Below, in pieces: positions 1 to 11,430 of a DNA stretch of 64,000 bases; the stretch's first letter is position 1; the number at the start of each line of letters is the position of its first letter. The notes beneath the pieces were generated by a model. It saw only the letters and a program-made list of their open reading frames with translations. It was not told where the DNA came from and did no database searches. This DNA comes from Mobula hypostoma. Lineage: Eukaryota. The DNA is taken from positions 13,332,001 to 13,396,000 of the forward strand of contig NC_086118.1 of assembly GCF_963921235.1 (NCBI RefSeq), read 5' to 3'. The position numbers and the translations under genes are program-made.

Positions 1-691
1 CAATCTGTTCTAGAGTGGCAACCCTCTGCTCAGAGAGGTCATCAAAACTGCCCTGTGGGGCATGTCCTTCTTTCTGAAGAGCTTCAGGCTGCTCCTAGGT
101 GGCACTGAGCCGAGTCCCAGCTGGAACAGGGTAAGACTGTACAAAAGCAGGATTATGTGTGTCCTCCGATTGTGCCTCCACTGTGGAATGGACTGGACTG
201 TAGGTTTGTTATTTTTCTTGTCATTTAACTTTCTTATGCTTGTTGGTGTTTTTATATAATTGCCTATAAAAATGTGATTGTTCATTGAGTTTTTCAGTAG
301 TTACAGTTGATCTGTATTTTTATTGGAAGCTTTTTGGTTTCAGTGGTAGATGTTACATTACTTGAATCTGGCTATTTTATTAGTTAATGTTATCAGTGGT
401 ATTTTAATGGAATTTACAGGTATCAGTAGTTTTATATAAGATCATACCACCTTTATTTCCCCTGTTCTCCTCTCTCTCTCTTTCTTCATTCTTTCTCACC
501 GTGCTCCCTTCATCTTCTTTGTTCTTGTAATACTTAATAAACTATCACAAGCAACAAGTTTTATGCCTAATTCTTAACATCTGCAGAACCTTTGGACTTC
601 AGACGCAACAGGATCCAGTAGCTTGGCATCTTGTGCAGATTTAAGGACATGGAAGAGTCCCGGACAATGTGGAAAGTTGTAGCATACACAT

Positions 692-768
692 TTAAAAGGC
701 GGTAAGGTCGTCCTCCTTATTTTCATAATCGTCAGAGAAATTATCGAGCTCTTGCATCGATACACCAT
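692..768 (-). CDS. Candidate terminal coding exon of an unidentified host gene, (H/D)GVSMQELDNFSDDYENKEDDLTAF*
   Basis: Minus strand shows a pyrimidine-rich tract ending ...cattctttAG (AG at 770-769), then 2 nt plus 24 codons and TAA at 694-692. CpGs are retained mostly at codon 3-1 boundaries in an otherwise CpG-poor region. No homology recognised. Confidence 0.4.
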
Positions 769-1028
769 CTAAAGAATGTTTAATAGTGAAAGAAAACTCT
801 ACTATACCACATCACATTCCTTATTCATTGCTCCAGAATGTGGCAGGTTAGTGGCTGGTGTATTTCCCTTTAATATGTGTCCTTCTGATCTATTTATTTC
901 TTTGCTAATAGTGCCGGCCTCTGAGATGGTGCTGTGGGATGCTAACACAGCAATGCACTGTGCAGCTCACCACACAATCCACATTAGTGCAGCCCCTCTC
1001 CTCCTCCTCCTTCTCTCTCTGCACTAAC

Positions 1029-1091
1029 GATCCTCCTGCTCTGGTTTATGTTGTTCTGGAAAGAGGGAATCAGTGAACCTCTGCTTATATT
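1029..1091 (-). CDS. Candidate 63-nt internal exon, xYKQRFTDSLFPEQHKPEQED
   Basis: Acceptor ctgtttttatctttacAG (1093-1092) and donor GTTAGT (1028-1023). Phase 1-1, joins in frame to the 768-692 exon across a 260-nt intron. Could be chance. Confidence 0.3.
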
Positions 1092-1392
1092 CTGTAAAGA
1101 TAAAAACAGTAAACAGCTTCACTTAGAAGCTGTGACCAAAATGCCTTAATATCTATTCAGTCTCATGCATAGTAATGAAGATATAAACCATGGGGCAGCT
1201 CAAAGGGATTTTAAAATCATACTGGAACATTACCCATTGGCAAACACGACTGATTTCATGGTGCTTCTGCTGGAGAGTGGTTTGCATGCTGGTGCTCCTT
1301 TGGCTGTGAGAAAGCAAGTGCTTTCCTCCAGACTGGTTGTTGTTGCTGTTGTCGTTCGTCCTTCGCAGTCGAAGATGACCATGGCTTCAAAG

Positions 1393-4300
1393 TCAAATGG
1401 GAGATTGGTGGCTGTGGGTCCGGAGGTGACTGATGAGGCCAATCCGGGCCCTGAAGGCTCGCCCACATGTGGGACACAAATGGGTGGGCGCTGTCGTGGC
1501 AGTGGATGCTGCTCGGGCCTAGCGCACAGCACGCTTTATTTACGCCTCGATGATGCGCCTGACTTCAGCTGCACGGGCTCCTGTGGTGATCTTGCTGCGC
1601 CAAGCTGGACGGTCGAGGGCAAGCGTCTCCCACGTGTTGATGTCGACACCCAGGCCTTTGAGGGACGCTTTGAGGCAGTCTTTGTAACGTTTCTTCTGCC
1701 CCCCGACTGAGCGCTTGCCCTGACACAGTTCTCCGTACAGCAGCTGCTTAGGCAATCGGCTGTCTGGCATTCTGACCACATGTCCAGCCCACCTGGCTTG
1801 GGCTTTCAGCAGGAGGGTGTAGACGCTGCAGAGCCCAGCTCGTTCCAGGATTTCCGTGTCGGGGACTTTGTCCTGCCACCTGATGTGGAGGAGTCTGCGG
1901 AGACAGCTCAGGTGAAAGTGGTTGAGCTGTTTGGCGTGTCTGCTGTAGACAGTCCAGGTCTCGCTGGCGTAAAGGAGGGTGGTAAGGACCACTGCACAGT
2001 AGACCTTCAGCTTGGTGGTAAGGCTGAGTCCTCTCCGTTCCCAGACGTTCTCACGGAGTCTCCCAAAGGCGGCGCTGGCTTTGGCAATCCTGTTGTTGAC
2101 CACAGCGTCTATGTTCACTGCACGAGAGAGTATGCTGCCCAGGTAAGTGAAATTGTCGACTGCCTGGAGGTTCTGGCCCTTCATCGTGATGCGCGGCTCC
2201 TGGTATGGCTTTCCTGGGGCAGGCTGGTACATAATTTCGGTCTTTTTGGTGCTGATAGTGAGACCGAAGTTGTCGCAGGCTTGTGAGAAGCAGTCCATTT
2301 CACGCTGCATCTCCTGCTCTGTGCTGGCGTTGAGTGCACAGTCATCAGCAAACAACAAGTCTCTGATGGCAGTCTCTCGCACCTTTGTAACTGCCTGCAG
2401 GCGCCTAAGATTGAACAACCTGCCGTCAGTCCTGTACCTGATGTGGATTCCTTCTTCGTAGTTATGGAAGGCATCTGTCAGCATGGCAGAGCATACCATA
2501 CTGAACAGAGTCGGGGCAAGAACACAGCCTTGTTTGACGCCATTTGTCACTGGGAAGGCCTCCACCTCGTCGCCATCACCCAGAACTTTCACCATCATAC
2601 CGTCGTGGAACTGCCGGATGATTGTGATGAACTTGCTGGGGCAGCCAAACTTCTCCATGATCTTCCACAAGCCTTCTCTGCTGACCGTATCGAAAGCCTT
2701 GGTTAGATCGACAAAGGTCACGAAGAGGTCGCTGTGTTGCTCCTGGCATTTTTCCTGGAGTTGGTGCACAGCAAAAATCATGTCCGCGGTCCCACGTTCA
2801 GCACGGAAACCGCACTGGCTTTCTGGGAGCAGACCTTGCTCAAGATGTTGGAGAAGGCAGTTGAGCAGGACACGGGCCAGAATCTTCCCCGCAATGGACA
2901 AGAGGGCCCCCCTGCCCCTTTTGTTGCGAGAATGCAGAGGAAGCTGGTGGACTTCTTCTGGGGAAACAGGAAACACTGGGTCTCTGCAGCAGTTCTGAGT
3001 CTCCCAGTAGGAGAGGGCGGACAGTCGCTGGTGTGTGTACGCACACGACTGGCGGCTCTCCGCCTCAGGACTCTGCAGAGATTCCTGTACGCCGAGCGCC
3101 CTCCCAGGTGGCACGTGTTGGCGACTTTCTTCCTCCGGAGGGGCTGCTGCCTTCACGAAGATATGCAGCTACCACCGGCAGGCGTCAGCCGTGCTGCTTT
3201 GCAGAGGCTGCCCGGCTTCTATCAGGACCTACTGAGAGTCTGGAACATGGTTGCCTCAGGCCGGGAATCCCCTCCTCTGGCAGAGGGCGGGGTCCTGGCC
3301 GACCCTTGCCCTGCCTCAGCGGATGTCGGTGCGGCTCAGGTGTGTGGATCGACTCAAGCTGAGCTGCTCGTCGGGCCCAGGCCCCGCAGCCTTACCCGAG
3401 AGACGAATCCACACAACTTGAGCCGTCTTTCATCGACACCCACAATCCCATTCAGGGATGCAGGCAGGAGGTACCTTTATGGGCTGCTGCTCCACACCCT
3501 CCACTTCCTAGCCTTTGTCCACCGTCCCGACACGCCATGGCGGTCGGTCTTTCCACCTGGAGGTGAGGGGGGTCCCCAATGGAAGTCCCTTTACAAGGGA
3601 GTCCTCCCCATGCACCTTGGGGATCTCGGCTGGAGGATGCTGCATAAAGCGGTGCCCTGCAATAAGTTCTTTAGTCTGTACACGGATCTCCCAGCCGCGT
3701 GTCACTTCTGCGGGCTGGAGGAGACCGTGTACCACATGTACGTGGAGTGTGTGAGGCTGCAGCCCCTTTTCGCGTTTTTGCGTGGGCTGCTTCTCGCCTT
3801 CTGGTTGCATTTCAGTCCCACCCTATTTATATATGGTCATCCAGTAAGGAGGGGGGCACAGAGGGATGAGGATGTCCTTGTCAACTTGCTCCTGGGGCTG
3901 GCGAAAATTGCCATCCGTGGCTCCTGGAAAAGGGTGGCAGGAGGTTCTCCCCGGGCGGACTGCCTGGCTATGTTTAGGGGGTATGTTCGTGCCCGGGTGA
4001 ACATTGAAAAGGAATACGCACAGTCCACGGCGACCGTAGAGGTGTTCCGGGACCGTTGGGCTCCGCGGGGTGTAAATGCCATCATTGATGAGGATGGCAA
4101 TATATTGGTTTAAGATGTATTGTCTGTTTGTAGTGTAGTAAATATGTTAGTCACTGGGTTTGTAAATATTGTATAGCACCGACATTTGTAATAAAGAATT
4201 TTGTAAAAAAAAATAAAGAAAAAAAAAAAAAAAAAAAAGAGGGAGATGCCTCGGTGGTTGTCGCAAGACTGGCGGTTGCGTTTCCTCTTGTAGATGTGGA

Positions 4301-5970
4301 CTATGCTGGCATCTTTCAGCTGTTGCGGGACCTGTCCCTTTTTGCACATGGACTGCAAGAGTACAGTCAGCTTTTGCATCATGACAGGGCCTCCTGCTTT
4401 GTATACCTCAGCAGGGATTGCATCGGGTCCTGGCGCTTTGCCACAGGAGAGTTGCTTCACTGCCTTCCTGACTTCATCTACTGTGGGGAGGGTGTCGAGG
4501 TTCTTGTTGATCTCTACCTGGGGCAGACGGGCAATGGCCTCGTCGTTGATGTCGGCAGGGCGGTTAAGGACGTTGTTAAAGTGCTCAGCCCACCGATCCA
4601 GAATCTGCTTCTTTTCTGTCAGCCGCTGCGTCTCATCTGCGTTGAAGAGGGGTGAGGAGCCGGAGGACTGGGGTCCGTATACAGCCTTAAGCGCATCGTA
4701 GAAGCGCTTTATGTCGTGGCTGTCTGCATAGCCCTGGATTTCATCGGCCTTCTTGCTGAACCAGCTGTCCTGCATCTCGCGAAGTTTTTTCTGCACCTTT
4801 CTTCTTGCGTTGGTAAAGGCATCTTTCTTGGCTAGCGACGTGGGGTCATTCTGATGCGCTCTGTAATGTTGATGTTTCTCCGTTAGTAGTGCCTGTATTT
4901 CTTCATCATTCTCATCGAACCAGTCTTGGTTTCTTCGGATTGCTGGTCCGAGATGTTCAAGGGCGGTAGTGTAGACAGCATTTCTGAAGGCCGTCCACTG
5001 TTCCTCAACGCTGGTCCCATCATCCTGTGGTGTGTCTGGCAGTCTGCCTTCAAGGTCATCGACGAATTCTTCTGCAACCCTGCTGCTTTTCAGCTTGGAG
5101 ACATTCAGCCTCTTTGCAGTCTTCTGCCCTTGGGGTCTTCTCATGGGCAGAATGCGAAGCCTGAACTTGGACACAATGAGGCGGTGGTCAGTCCAGCAGT
5201 CGGCACCACACATGGCTCTCGTCACTCTGACATCCATCCTGTCCCTCTTCCTGGTGATGATGTAGTCAATCAGATGCCAGTGCTTCGAGCGCGGGTGCAT
5301 CCATGACGTCTTCTTACGGGTGGGTAGGCGGAACAGGGTGTTGGTGATGACAAGGTCGTGTGTGGCACGTCTTGAGGAGCAGAAGGCCGTTGTTGTTACA
5401 CTTGCCAGTGCCGTGTCTTCCAATGATCCCTTCCCAGGTTTGGTAGTCTGTCCCTACTCTGGCATTGAAGCCCCCGAGAATGATGAGCTTCTCTGACTGT
5501 GGGATTGCTGAGATGAGGGCGTCGAGTTCTTCATAGAACTTGTCTTTAATGTCATCTGGGTTGGTCATGGTGGGAGCGTAGGCACTAATCAGCGTAGCAA
5601 TCTTCTTGTTTGCAAGTGGGAGCTGAAGTGTCATCAGGCGGTCGTTGATGCTCTCTGGGTGCTTAGTGAGTTTACGGGCGAGGTTAGAATTGATGGCAAA
5701 TCCACACCTGCTTCTCGTCGTTCAGCGCTGCTGCGACCGCTCCAGAAGAACGTGTATCCACCACTACGTTCTGTCAGCTGGCCCTTGTTTGCTGAGAGCT
5801 GCTATGTCCACGTTGTAGCGAGCTAGCTCTTTTACAACCAGTGCAGTTCTTCTCTCTGGTCTGTCTGCCTTGACGTTATCTCGCAGAGTTCTCACGGTCC
5901 ATGTGCCGAGGTTGAGCGCCATCACTTTCTTCTTCACTGTTGTAGGTCGACCGCTATGAGGGATCCCCAC
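1393..5970 (-). pseudogene. RTE ORF (APE endonuclease, reverse transcriptase, C-terminal C2H2 finger), disrupted
   Basis: ORF-track pieces 5764-5970, 5314-5634, 4110-5423 and 1540-3156 join at NHRGISL|LSIAGKIL once the Tx1 insert is removed. Past premature stops near 1540 the same frame continues to CPTCGRAFRARIGLISHLRTH and TGA at 1395-1393. Frameshifts near 5370 and 5700-5790. Confidence 0.92.
2907..4236 (+). mobile_element. 5'-truncated Tx1-clade (L1 group) LINE
   Basis: Open frame to TAA at 4113 with Tx1-type motifs (QRKLVDFFW, LPVGEGG, CHFCGLEETVYHMYVEC zinc knuckle, LLLGLAKIAI). AATAAA at 4190-4195, poly(A) about 4205-4236, 7-bp TSD AAGAGGG at 2900-2906 and 4237-4243. Confidence 0.93.
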
Positions 5971-7061
5971 CAGCCGCGGTAAGCTGGCCAGGGTGAAGTG
6001 AAGCAGACCATGTTTGAGGCACCTTTTCCAGCCCCTTCCTCCATGGAGGTGAGCAGAGCTATCCTAAAGAGGGCTGCCGAACTCAACTGCTGCTTCGGTC
6101 CAGTAGAGAGCGACCCTATGCCCTGGGCTGCCTGTGTGCAGGTTTGTGACCACAGCTTCCAGTGTATCCGTACCTGCTGCTTCGCCACTCCCCCATCGCC
6201 ACAGGACTTTAGGTTGCGCCTTGGGTTTGAAGTCATGACTTGCGCTTGACTTGGATTAAAGTGAGGGAGAGTTGCGCAGGTCATCAGCCTCACTCTCTCG
6301 TCCAGGCCTATCTGGACCCAGTGGCAAGACATCGTCGAGATGGCTGGAGATAGGTCAGGATGCAGTGGATGGCCAGCAGTGTTCTGTGTGTCTCACTGTG
6401 CCCTCTTAGCGCTCCACGACGCATTGCTGAGAATCGCCTTTCTGCCCGTTGAACCAGTGATGGTTTCTTCGGCACAGTCCACCGAATCCAGGCTTCACAC
6501 GCTAGGTAGACAAGCCCTGAGTGTTGTGGGTCTACGGCAGTTCTTGTGGCATGCTCGCAAGCCTCCCTACCCATTGTTGGGCATCCTCATCCGCCTTTGC
6601 AGCCATTGGGAGATGTCTCCTCTTCCGCCTGCTCCGCCGTTGGGATGAACATCTTGGTTACTGGCCTATGGAATTGGGTTCGCAGATCGCCGCCACGCTG
6701 GCCGTACCAAGCGGCGGGGGTGGGCGGCGGCAGTCACGACGAGCGGCAGGCCAGCTCCAGGCCTCGGGCCTCGCAGCCTCCACCTGCTGCCGCCTCGCAC
6801 TGGCTGCAGGCTGCCGACGGTGCAGTGGCGGCGGGCAGCCCGGGGCCAGGCCCCAGCCTCGGCCTCACCAAGAGGCGGCATCGCGCCTCCCCGCACCGCG
6901 GCGGCCGGAAGACGCACCGGTCCAGCTTGCTGGATTCCCTGCTGGAGTCTGCAGAGATGATATTGGGAATCCAGACTGGTAAATGGGGACACACTTACCA
7001 TCTGGATGACGTTTCGCTTGCTATCTCAGTCAAAATGGAGGAGAAGAAGTAGCCTTTTCAT

Positions 7062-7961
7062 TGTTACGTACCCCGTAACTGGGTTGCCAAACCAGCAGAA
7101 ATGGACCACTTAGTTGGAGTCTGGATTACTGGAACTAAGAAAGTTTTTATTAAAGAAATAAGTAACACAGTATTCTAATAGTAAGAGTATAAATGCAACA
7201 GGTTAGCAATGATAAAACACGCATGTACACAGAACTAGGATAATAGGAATCAATCAAGCTCTATCGCAGTCTAGGGGTAAAATGATCAGTCTCAAGTGAC
7301 GCAGAGTTCAGTTCAGCTGAATACAGTTCGCAGTAATCGCTGTTGTGCCATTGGAGAGAGAGAAAGAGAGCGAATGATGATATTCAAATCGGATTCAAAC
7401 AGACCTTTGATATTCCTCGCAGTTAGCTTTCGGGCGAACCCTTTGTAATGTCTTCTGAGGTCACCGACTGTGACCCCTCCGTTCCTGATACAATCGTTCT
7501 TCTGCGGTGAACCCGGCACCCAGGCAAGGGCAGACGCACACACCAGATTCCGCGGTGAACCCGGCACCCAGGCAAGGGCGGACACACACACCAGGTTCCC
7601 GCCGATCGTACCTTCTCACCCTGTGCGTCTATGGTCGGTCCAGCGATCAGACCTCCAAAACTCCCACCAACTTGTGGGGGGGGGGGGCTCACCGCACTTC
7701 CAGGGTCTCGTTACCTCGTGATATCGTGGTGTGTCCCCTGCCTTAGCGAACCTTTTCCTTTTATCCCCGTGCTGGGGTATCGCCTGTCCGTCAAACTTCA
7801 AACAGTTCAGGTTCAAAGCAACCGATCTGACAATACTCGGAACTGTGTCTCTTTTCGTTAATCTCTCTCGTCTCCCATTAACATTTCTGAATGTTTCCCC
7901 CATTGTCTCTCTTATCTCTCTCATCGGCATCAATCTTCTGATAACTTGGTCTTTTGTCACA
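7062..7961 (-). mobile_element. Solo LTR (900 bp), probably Gypsy-type
   Basis: TG...CA ends (TGTTAC / GTCACA), 4-bp TSD TCAT at 7058-7061 and 7962-7965. Minus-strand TATA-like ATAAAAG near 7760 and AATAAA near 7150; CpG-rich. Confidence 0.88.
7504..7599. repeat. 48-bp tandem duplication inside the solo LTR
   Basis: GCGGTGAACCCGGCACCCAGGCAAGGGC(A/G)GAC... starts at 7504 and again at 7552. Confidence 0.9.
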
Positions 7962-9059
7962 TCATTAACTCATATTTGCAGATTTGAACTCAGTATATAA
8001 AATGGGATTGGTAGAATGTTAATAGCAGTTCGAGGAATAGGAGGAAGTTTAGAGGCTTACAAAGCATATGGGTAGAAGAACAAATGTGTGTGCATTTGTG
8101 TTTGTAAATGTGTTTGCATAAGTGCACATGTATATTTGTCTGAGTATACTTGTGTTATACTTTTCCTTCTTCACCAGAACTCTGTGCAAATTTTGGTTCC
8201 CTGGCTCACTTTCAATCTTTCTGCCGTTTAATTTAAGTCTTCTGCCCCTTTGTTATTGGTTCCCCTGACAATGAAAATAGGTCCATCCTGTTCCTGTTCA
8301 TCCAATCTAGATGTGTCATATTTTTGTACATTTCAAATAAATTTTCTCTCAGTCTCCTTTATTCTGAAACAAAAGCTATCTCAGTCTAGTCAGTCTGTTG
8401 TTATCACATTCCTTGTAACCTTCATCAATCACCTGTAAATCTTCTCTGCATCCTTTCAAGCACAGTAAAAACCAGGGGAAAATAAAATGGCTCTTATGAG
8501 TTTTCTTTGCCAAACAAAACGTATAGGAAAAATCTAGTCTCAAAATGTTAAATCAAGAGGGCAGTGTAAGGGAAACTTCAAACTTCTAATCAGATCAATT
8601 ATGCAAAACTAACTAACAAAATACCATACTGAAAGACAAACCCATTGTACTGAGCTCTTCGTACCTGTGTGGGCACTGGAGATGATTGGGCTCTGAAGTT
8701 TTTAGAACACTTGGATTGGTTAATTGATGTTTAATGAGAGTCATTACTCATTTAGACATCCTTGTGTATTGCTCAAGCAAACCATTCTTTATAATGCTTT
8801 CTGTTTAAGCTTGTTAAGTTTATTTTGATAGGCTCAGGGATTCCATGTTACTTTTATTATTGAAGCAGATGACCGATTAGCACTAATCTTGGGGTCCTAG
8901 TTTTGAGAATATTACTTCTCGTGGTGTCACTCAGCTGAGACACCAATGTTCTGTTGGAATTTTTATGAACAAATGTCTCTTCACCAGAGTCTGCCTTTCC
9001 ACTGCACATAGATTCTGATATTGCCAACACACACCAGGACGCTCATATTATAGGTGAAA

Positions 9060-9348
9060 GGAGCCACGGTAGCATCGTAGTTAGCACGGCATATCACAGC
9101 TCGGGGTGTTGTAGTTCAGAGTTCAATTCTGACGTTATCTGTAAGGAGCTTGTACATCCTCCCATGGAATGCATAGCTGTTATCCAGGTGCTCTGCGTTC
9201 TCCCACAGTCCAAAGACATTCTGGTTAGTAGATTGATTGATCATTGTAAAATGTCTCTGATTAGGCTAAGGCTAAATCGGGGGTTGCTGGGTGGCCAGCT
9301 CAAAGGGATGGAAGGGCCTATTCCAGGCTGTGTCTCAATAAATAAAAA
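9060..9348 (+). mobile_element. tRNA-derived V-SINE-like element, degenerate
   Basis: tRNA-like head (GGTAGCATCGTAGTTAGC ... GTTCAATTC), V-domain-like core GGTGCTCTGCGTTCTCCCACAGTCCAAAGAC, A-rich tail. Confidence 0.75.
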
Positions 9349-9414
9349 TATGCAGTGATCAAAGCATGCTTTAAATAATTCCAATCAATTTTCAGTTTAA
9401 TTATGAGTATAGAT

Positions 9415-10782
9415 CAAGGGTCGACAACCTTTTTGCCTCAGTGGGCCGGATCGCATATTAATGAGCGGACGGTGGGCCAGATAAATGCCATAAAAAACTT
9501 GAAATATGGGAATTATCCGTTTAAATATATCTAGTTATGTTTTGCCTCAAATTAATGAATAACACATGCTAGAAAATCATTCGTGCTTAACGAAGGATGC
9601 CAATTAGTAATCAAAGAACTCAGTTTAGTTGCAATTTATTTCAATCAAGGCATCTTTTCAATCTATTAAAAGGACACAAAGAATCTTTAAATATAAAGCG
9701 TATGAACATGATGCATTGAATGGTAGTAAAGTAAGTATAATAAAAAAGAACATTTTAATGTAAACAGTTGATAAGTCGATGTGAAACCTGATGCTGTTTG
9801 CTGCTTGAAAGCTTCTCAATATTGAGACTTGTTGATGCCAAGAGCAAGACATTATCCAGATGGGCATCAGTCAATCTTGTTTTCAAATAGTTCATGGTGT
9901 GCTTCAATTTTGAAAATAGTTGCTCACACAGATAAGTGCTGCCAAACAATGATGCCATCTCTTATGCATGGTCCACTAAGTTAGGATACTTCCCACTTGG
10001 TTGAATATGTTTTCTATAGAAGTCAAGCATTGACACATCTTCAGAATGAAATTTCGATCTCAATATGTCGTCACACTGCATCTCAATCAATTCCATTTGA
10101 AAAATTTCTGATGCAGTGTCCACTTCCACATCAAATGGAGTAGCAAACAGCGCGAATTCATTTGCATGCAAGCGAAAATCAGTAAAACGAGATGAAAACT
10201 CTTTTCTCAATTCTTGGATCTTTGTCTCATTTTCTAGGCAAATGAGACAAACTGGTTTCCCAGCTTGCTTGATGAAGAAGTAATCTAGTGTCCAAGTGTC
10301 TTGGAAATTTCAGCACTCAGCGTCTACCTTCCTGCGTTTTGCATTCATTGCCATTGGAATTTTTTTCTTTGATTTTATTTCGAAATGCGAGTTATTCAAC
10401 AAGTATCGTAGCACATGTAAATATCTGGATATCTAGCGTGGATTTCTTGTTAAAACACAGTGACGCTGTTTCTGTTTACACATTTGAACGATCCCATCTG
10501 AAAACCTGAGCGTGCACAGAGAGTATTTAATACATATTAATAAGGTAGTCTGCCTTCCTGTCATTCGTATATACCAGTGTTTGGTTTGGAACAAAACAGA
10601 ACCTGGAGCCAGTGTAATAAGACGCCATGCATGTCCATTAGTGTGGTCGCGTGAAACACTCAGAATAAGGAAAAATTGCTCGCGGGCCGGATAAGCACAG
10701 TATCCCAATATTTGCTCGCAGGACAGTCAAAATACCTTCGCGGGCCAGATTTGGCCCACAGGCCATAGGTTGCTGACCCCTG
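9415..10782 (-). mobile_element. hAT (Charlie/SPIN/GTF2IRD2-like) DNA transposon, internally deleted
   Basis: TIRs CAAGGGTCGACAACCT / AGGTTGCTGACCCCTG; 8-bp TSD GTATAGAT at 9407-9414 and 10783-10790. Transposase N-terminus (KRRKVDAEC*NFQDTWTLDYFF..PVCLICLE) is fused to the C-terminus (FATPF, FQMELIEMQ, SLFGSTYLCEQLFS). Confidence 0.93.
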
Positions 10783-10949
10783 GTATAGATCATTGCTAGG
10801 ACACAAGTAATATTGTAGAAGCCAGGATCTGATAAAAAAAAATGATGTCACATATAATTTCCGTCACAGCTCTTTTAAAAAAAGCTTTATGTAAACTGAT
10901 TTCTCATAGCCCTTTGCATGATTTCATGGCCACATTCAAATTCTTCACT

Positions 10950-11430
10950 TTTGTTCTTCAACTTCTTCAGCAGTTCTTTGGGGTGGAGGTAGATTTGTTT
11001 CCATTCTAATTCTATTGGTTCTGAGGCCAATGGCGGAACTACAGGCTCTTACATAGATTGAGCAGAATGGGGTTGGCAGTGTGGATGAGTAGGTAGATTG
11101 TAATGTGGCACAGTCTGTTCACCATTGATGCAGGGCATGTGTGTGCTTCCAACATATGGCCTTGTGGGTTCGCAACACCATCCCTAATGTTACTTTTCAG
11201 TGGCCAAGGGCCAGAACATCAGCTATGATTGAATGGCTGAAGAGACTTGATGGAAAAATGGCCTGATAATTCTCCTGTGCCTTCTGGTCTTATGTCACAA
11301 TTATTCAAAAGGAACTTTGAGCATATCGCCAACCTTTTTATAATCCATTTCTTAATTTCTTCCCTTTGCAGAGCTGAGGAAGGAGTGTCTATTTCAGGAA
11401 CCTGTTTAGAGCCATTCAAGTGCAACAAAT
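10950..11430 (-). mobile_element. Old RTE-derived fragment (3' end)
   Basis: Degenerate resemblance to the 3' end of the RTE at 1340-1500; boundaries approximate. Confidence 0.45.

Larger units (their letters stand above)
1338..6969 (-). mobile_element. Full-length RTE-clade (BovB-like) LINE, inactivated, interrupted by a Tx1 element
   Basis: 11-bp TSD TCCAGACTGGT at 1327-1337 and 6970-6980; (CAA)n-type tail next to 1338. APE endonuclease motifs (LGTWTVRTL, ISAYAPT, LIDYII, TDHRL) and RT motifs (QCGFR, FVDLTKAFD, GVKQGCVLAP, LLFADD). Confidence 0.95.

Noticed and set aside
14..130. Plus-strand AG..GT bounded 39-codon frame (SGNPLLREVIKTALW..) and an overlapping minus frame (EQPEALQKEG..)
   Set aside because: Both strands give plausible peptides, neither is recognised, and the window edge hides the context.
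1234..1304. Minus-strand exon candidate paired with a GTAAGT donor at 6998
   Set aside because: The pre-insertion intron would be only about 50 nt, and the phases do not join the 1091 exon in the preferred frame.
1540..3156. 538-aa ORF as an intact RT gene
   Set aside because: Chimeric: the N-terminal part is the antisense of the Tx1 insert; only 1540-2906 is RTE.
2734..4113. 459-aa ORF as a host or fusion gene
   Set aside because: The first about 57 codons are antisense RTE and the rest is a 5'-truncated Tx1 ORF2; no promoter or expression evidence.
4110..4240. Poly-Phe C-terminus of the 437-aa ORF
   Set aside because: Read-through into the reverse complement of the Tx1 poly(A) tail.
6999..7035. 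Hammerhead-like CTGAGATAGCAAGCGAAACGTC on minus
   Set aside because: CUGANGA box imperfect, stem II only 2 bp, no convincing stem I.
6521..7052. Overlapping Ala/Arg/Gly/Pro-rich ORFs
   Set aside because: Expected from stop-poor GC-rich DNA; no domain recognised.
9060..9135. tRNA gene
   Set aside because: Degenerate tRNA-like head of a SINE; no complete cloverleaf.
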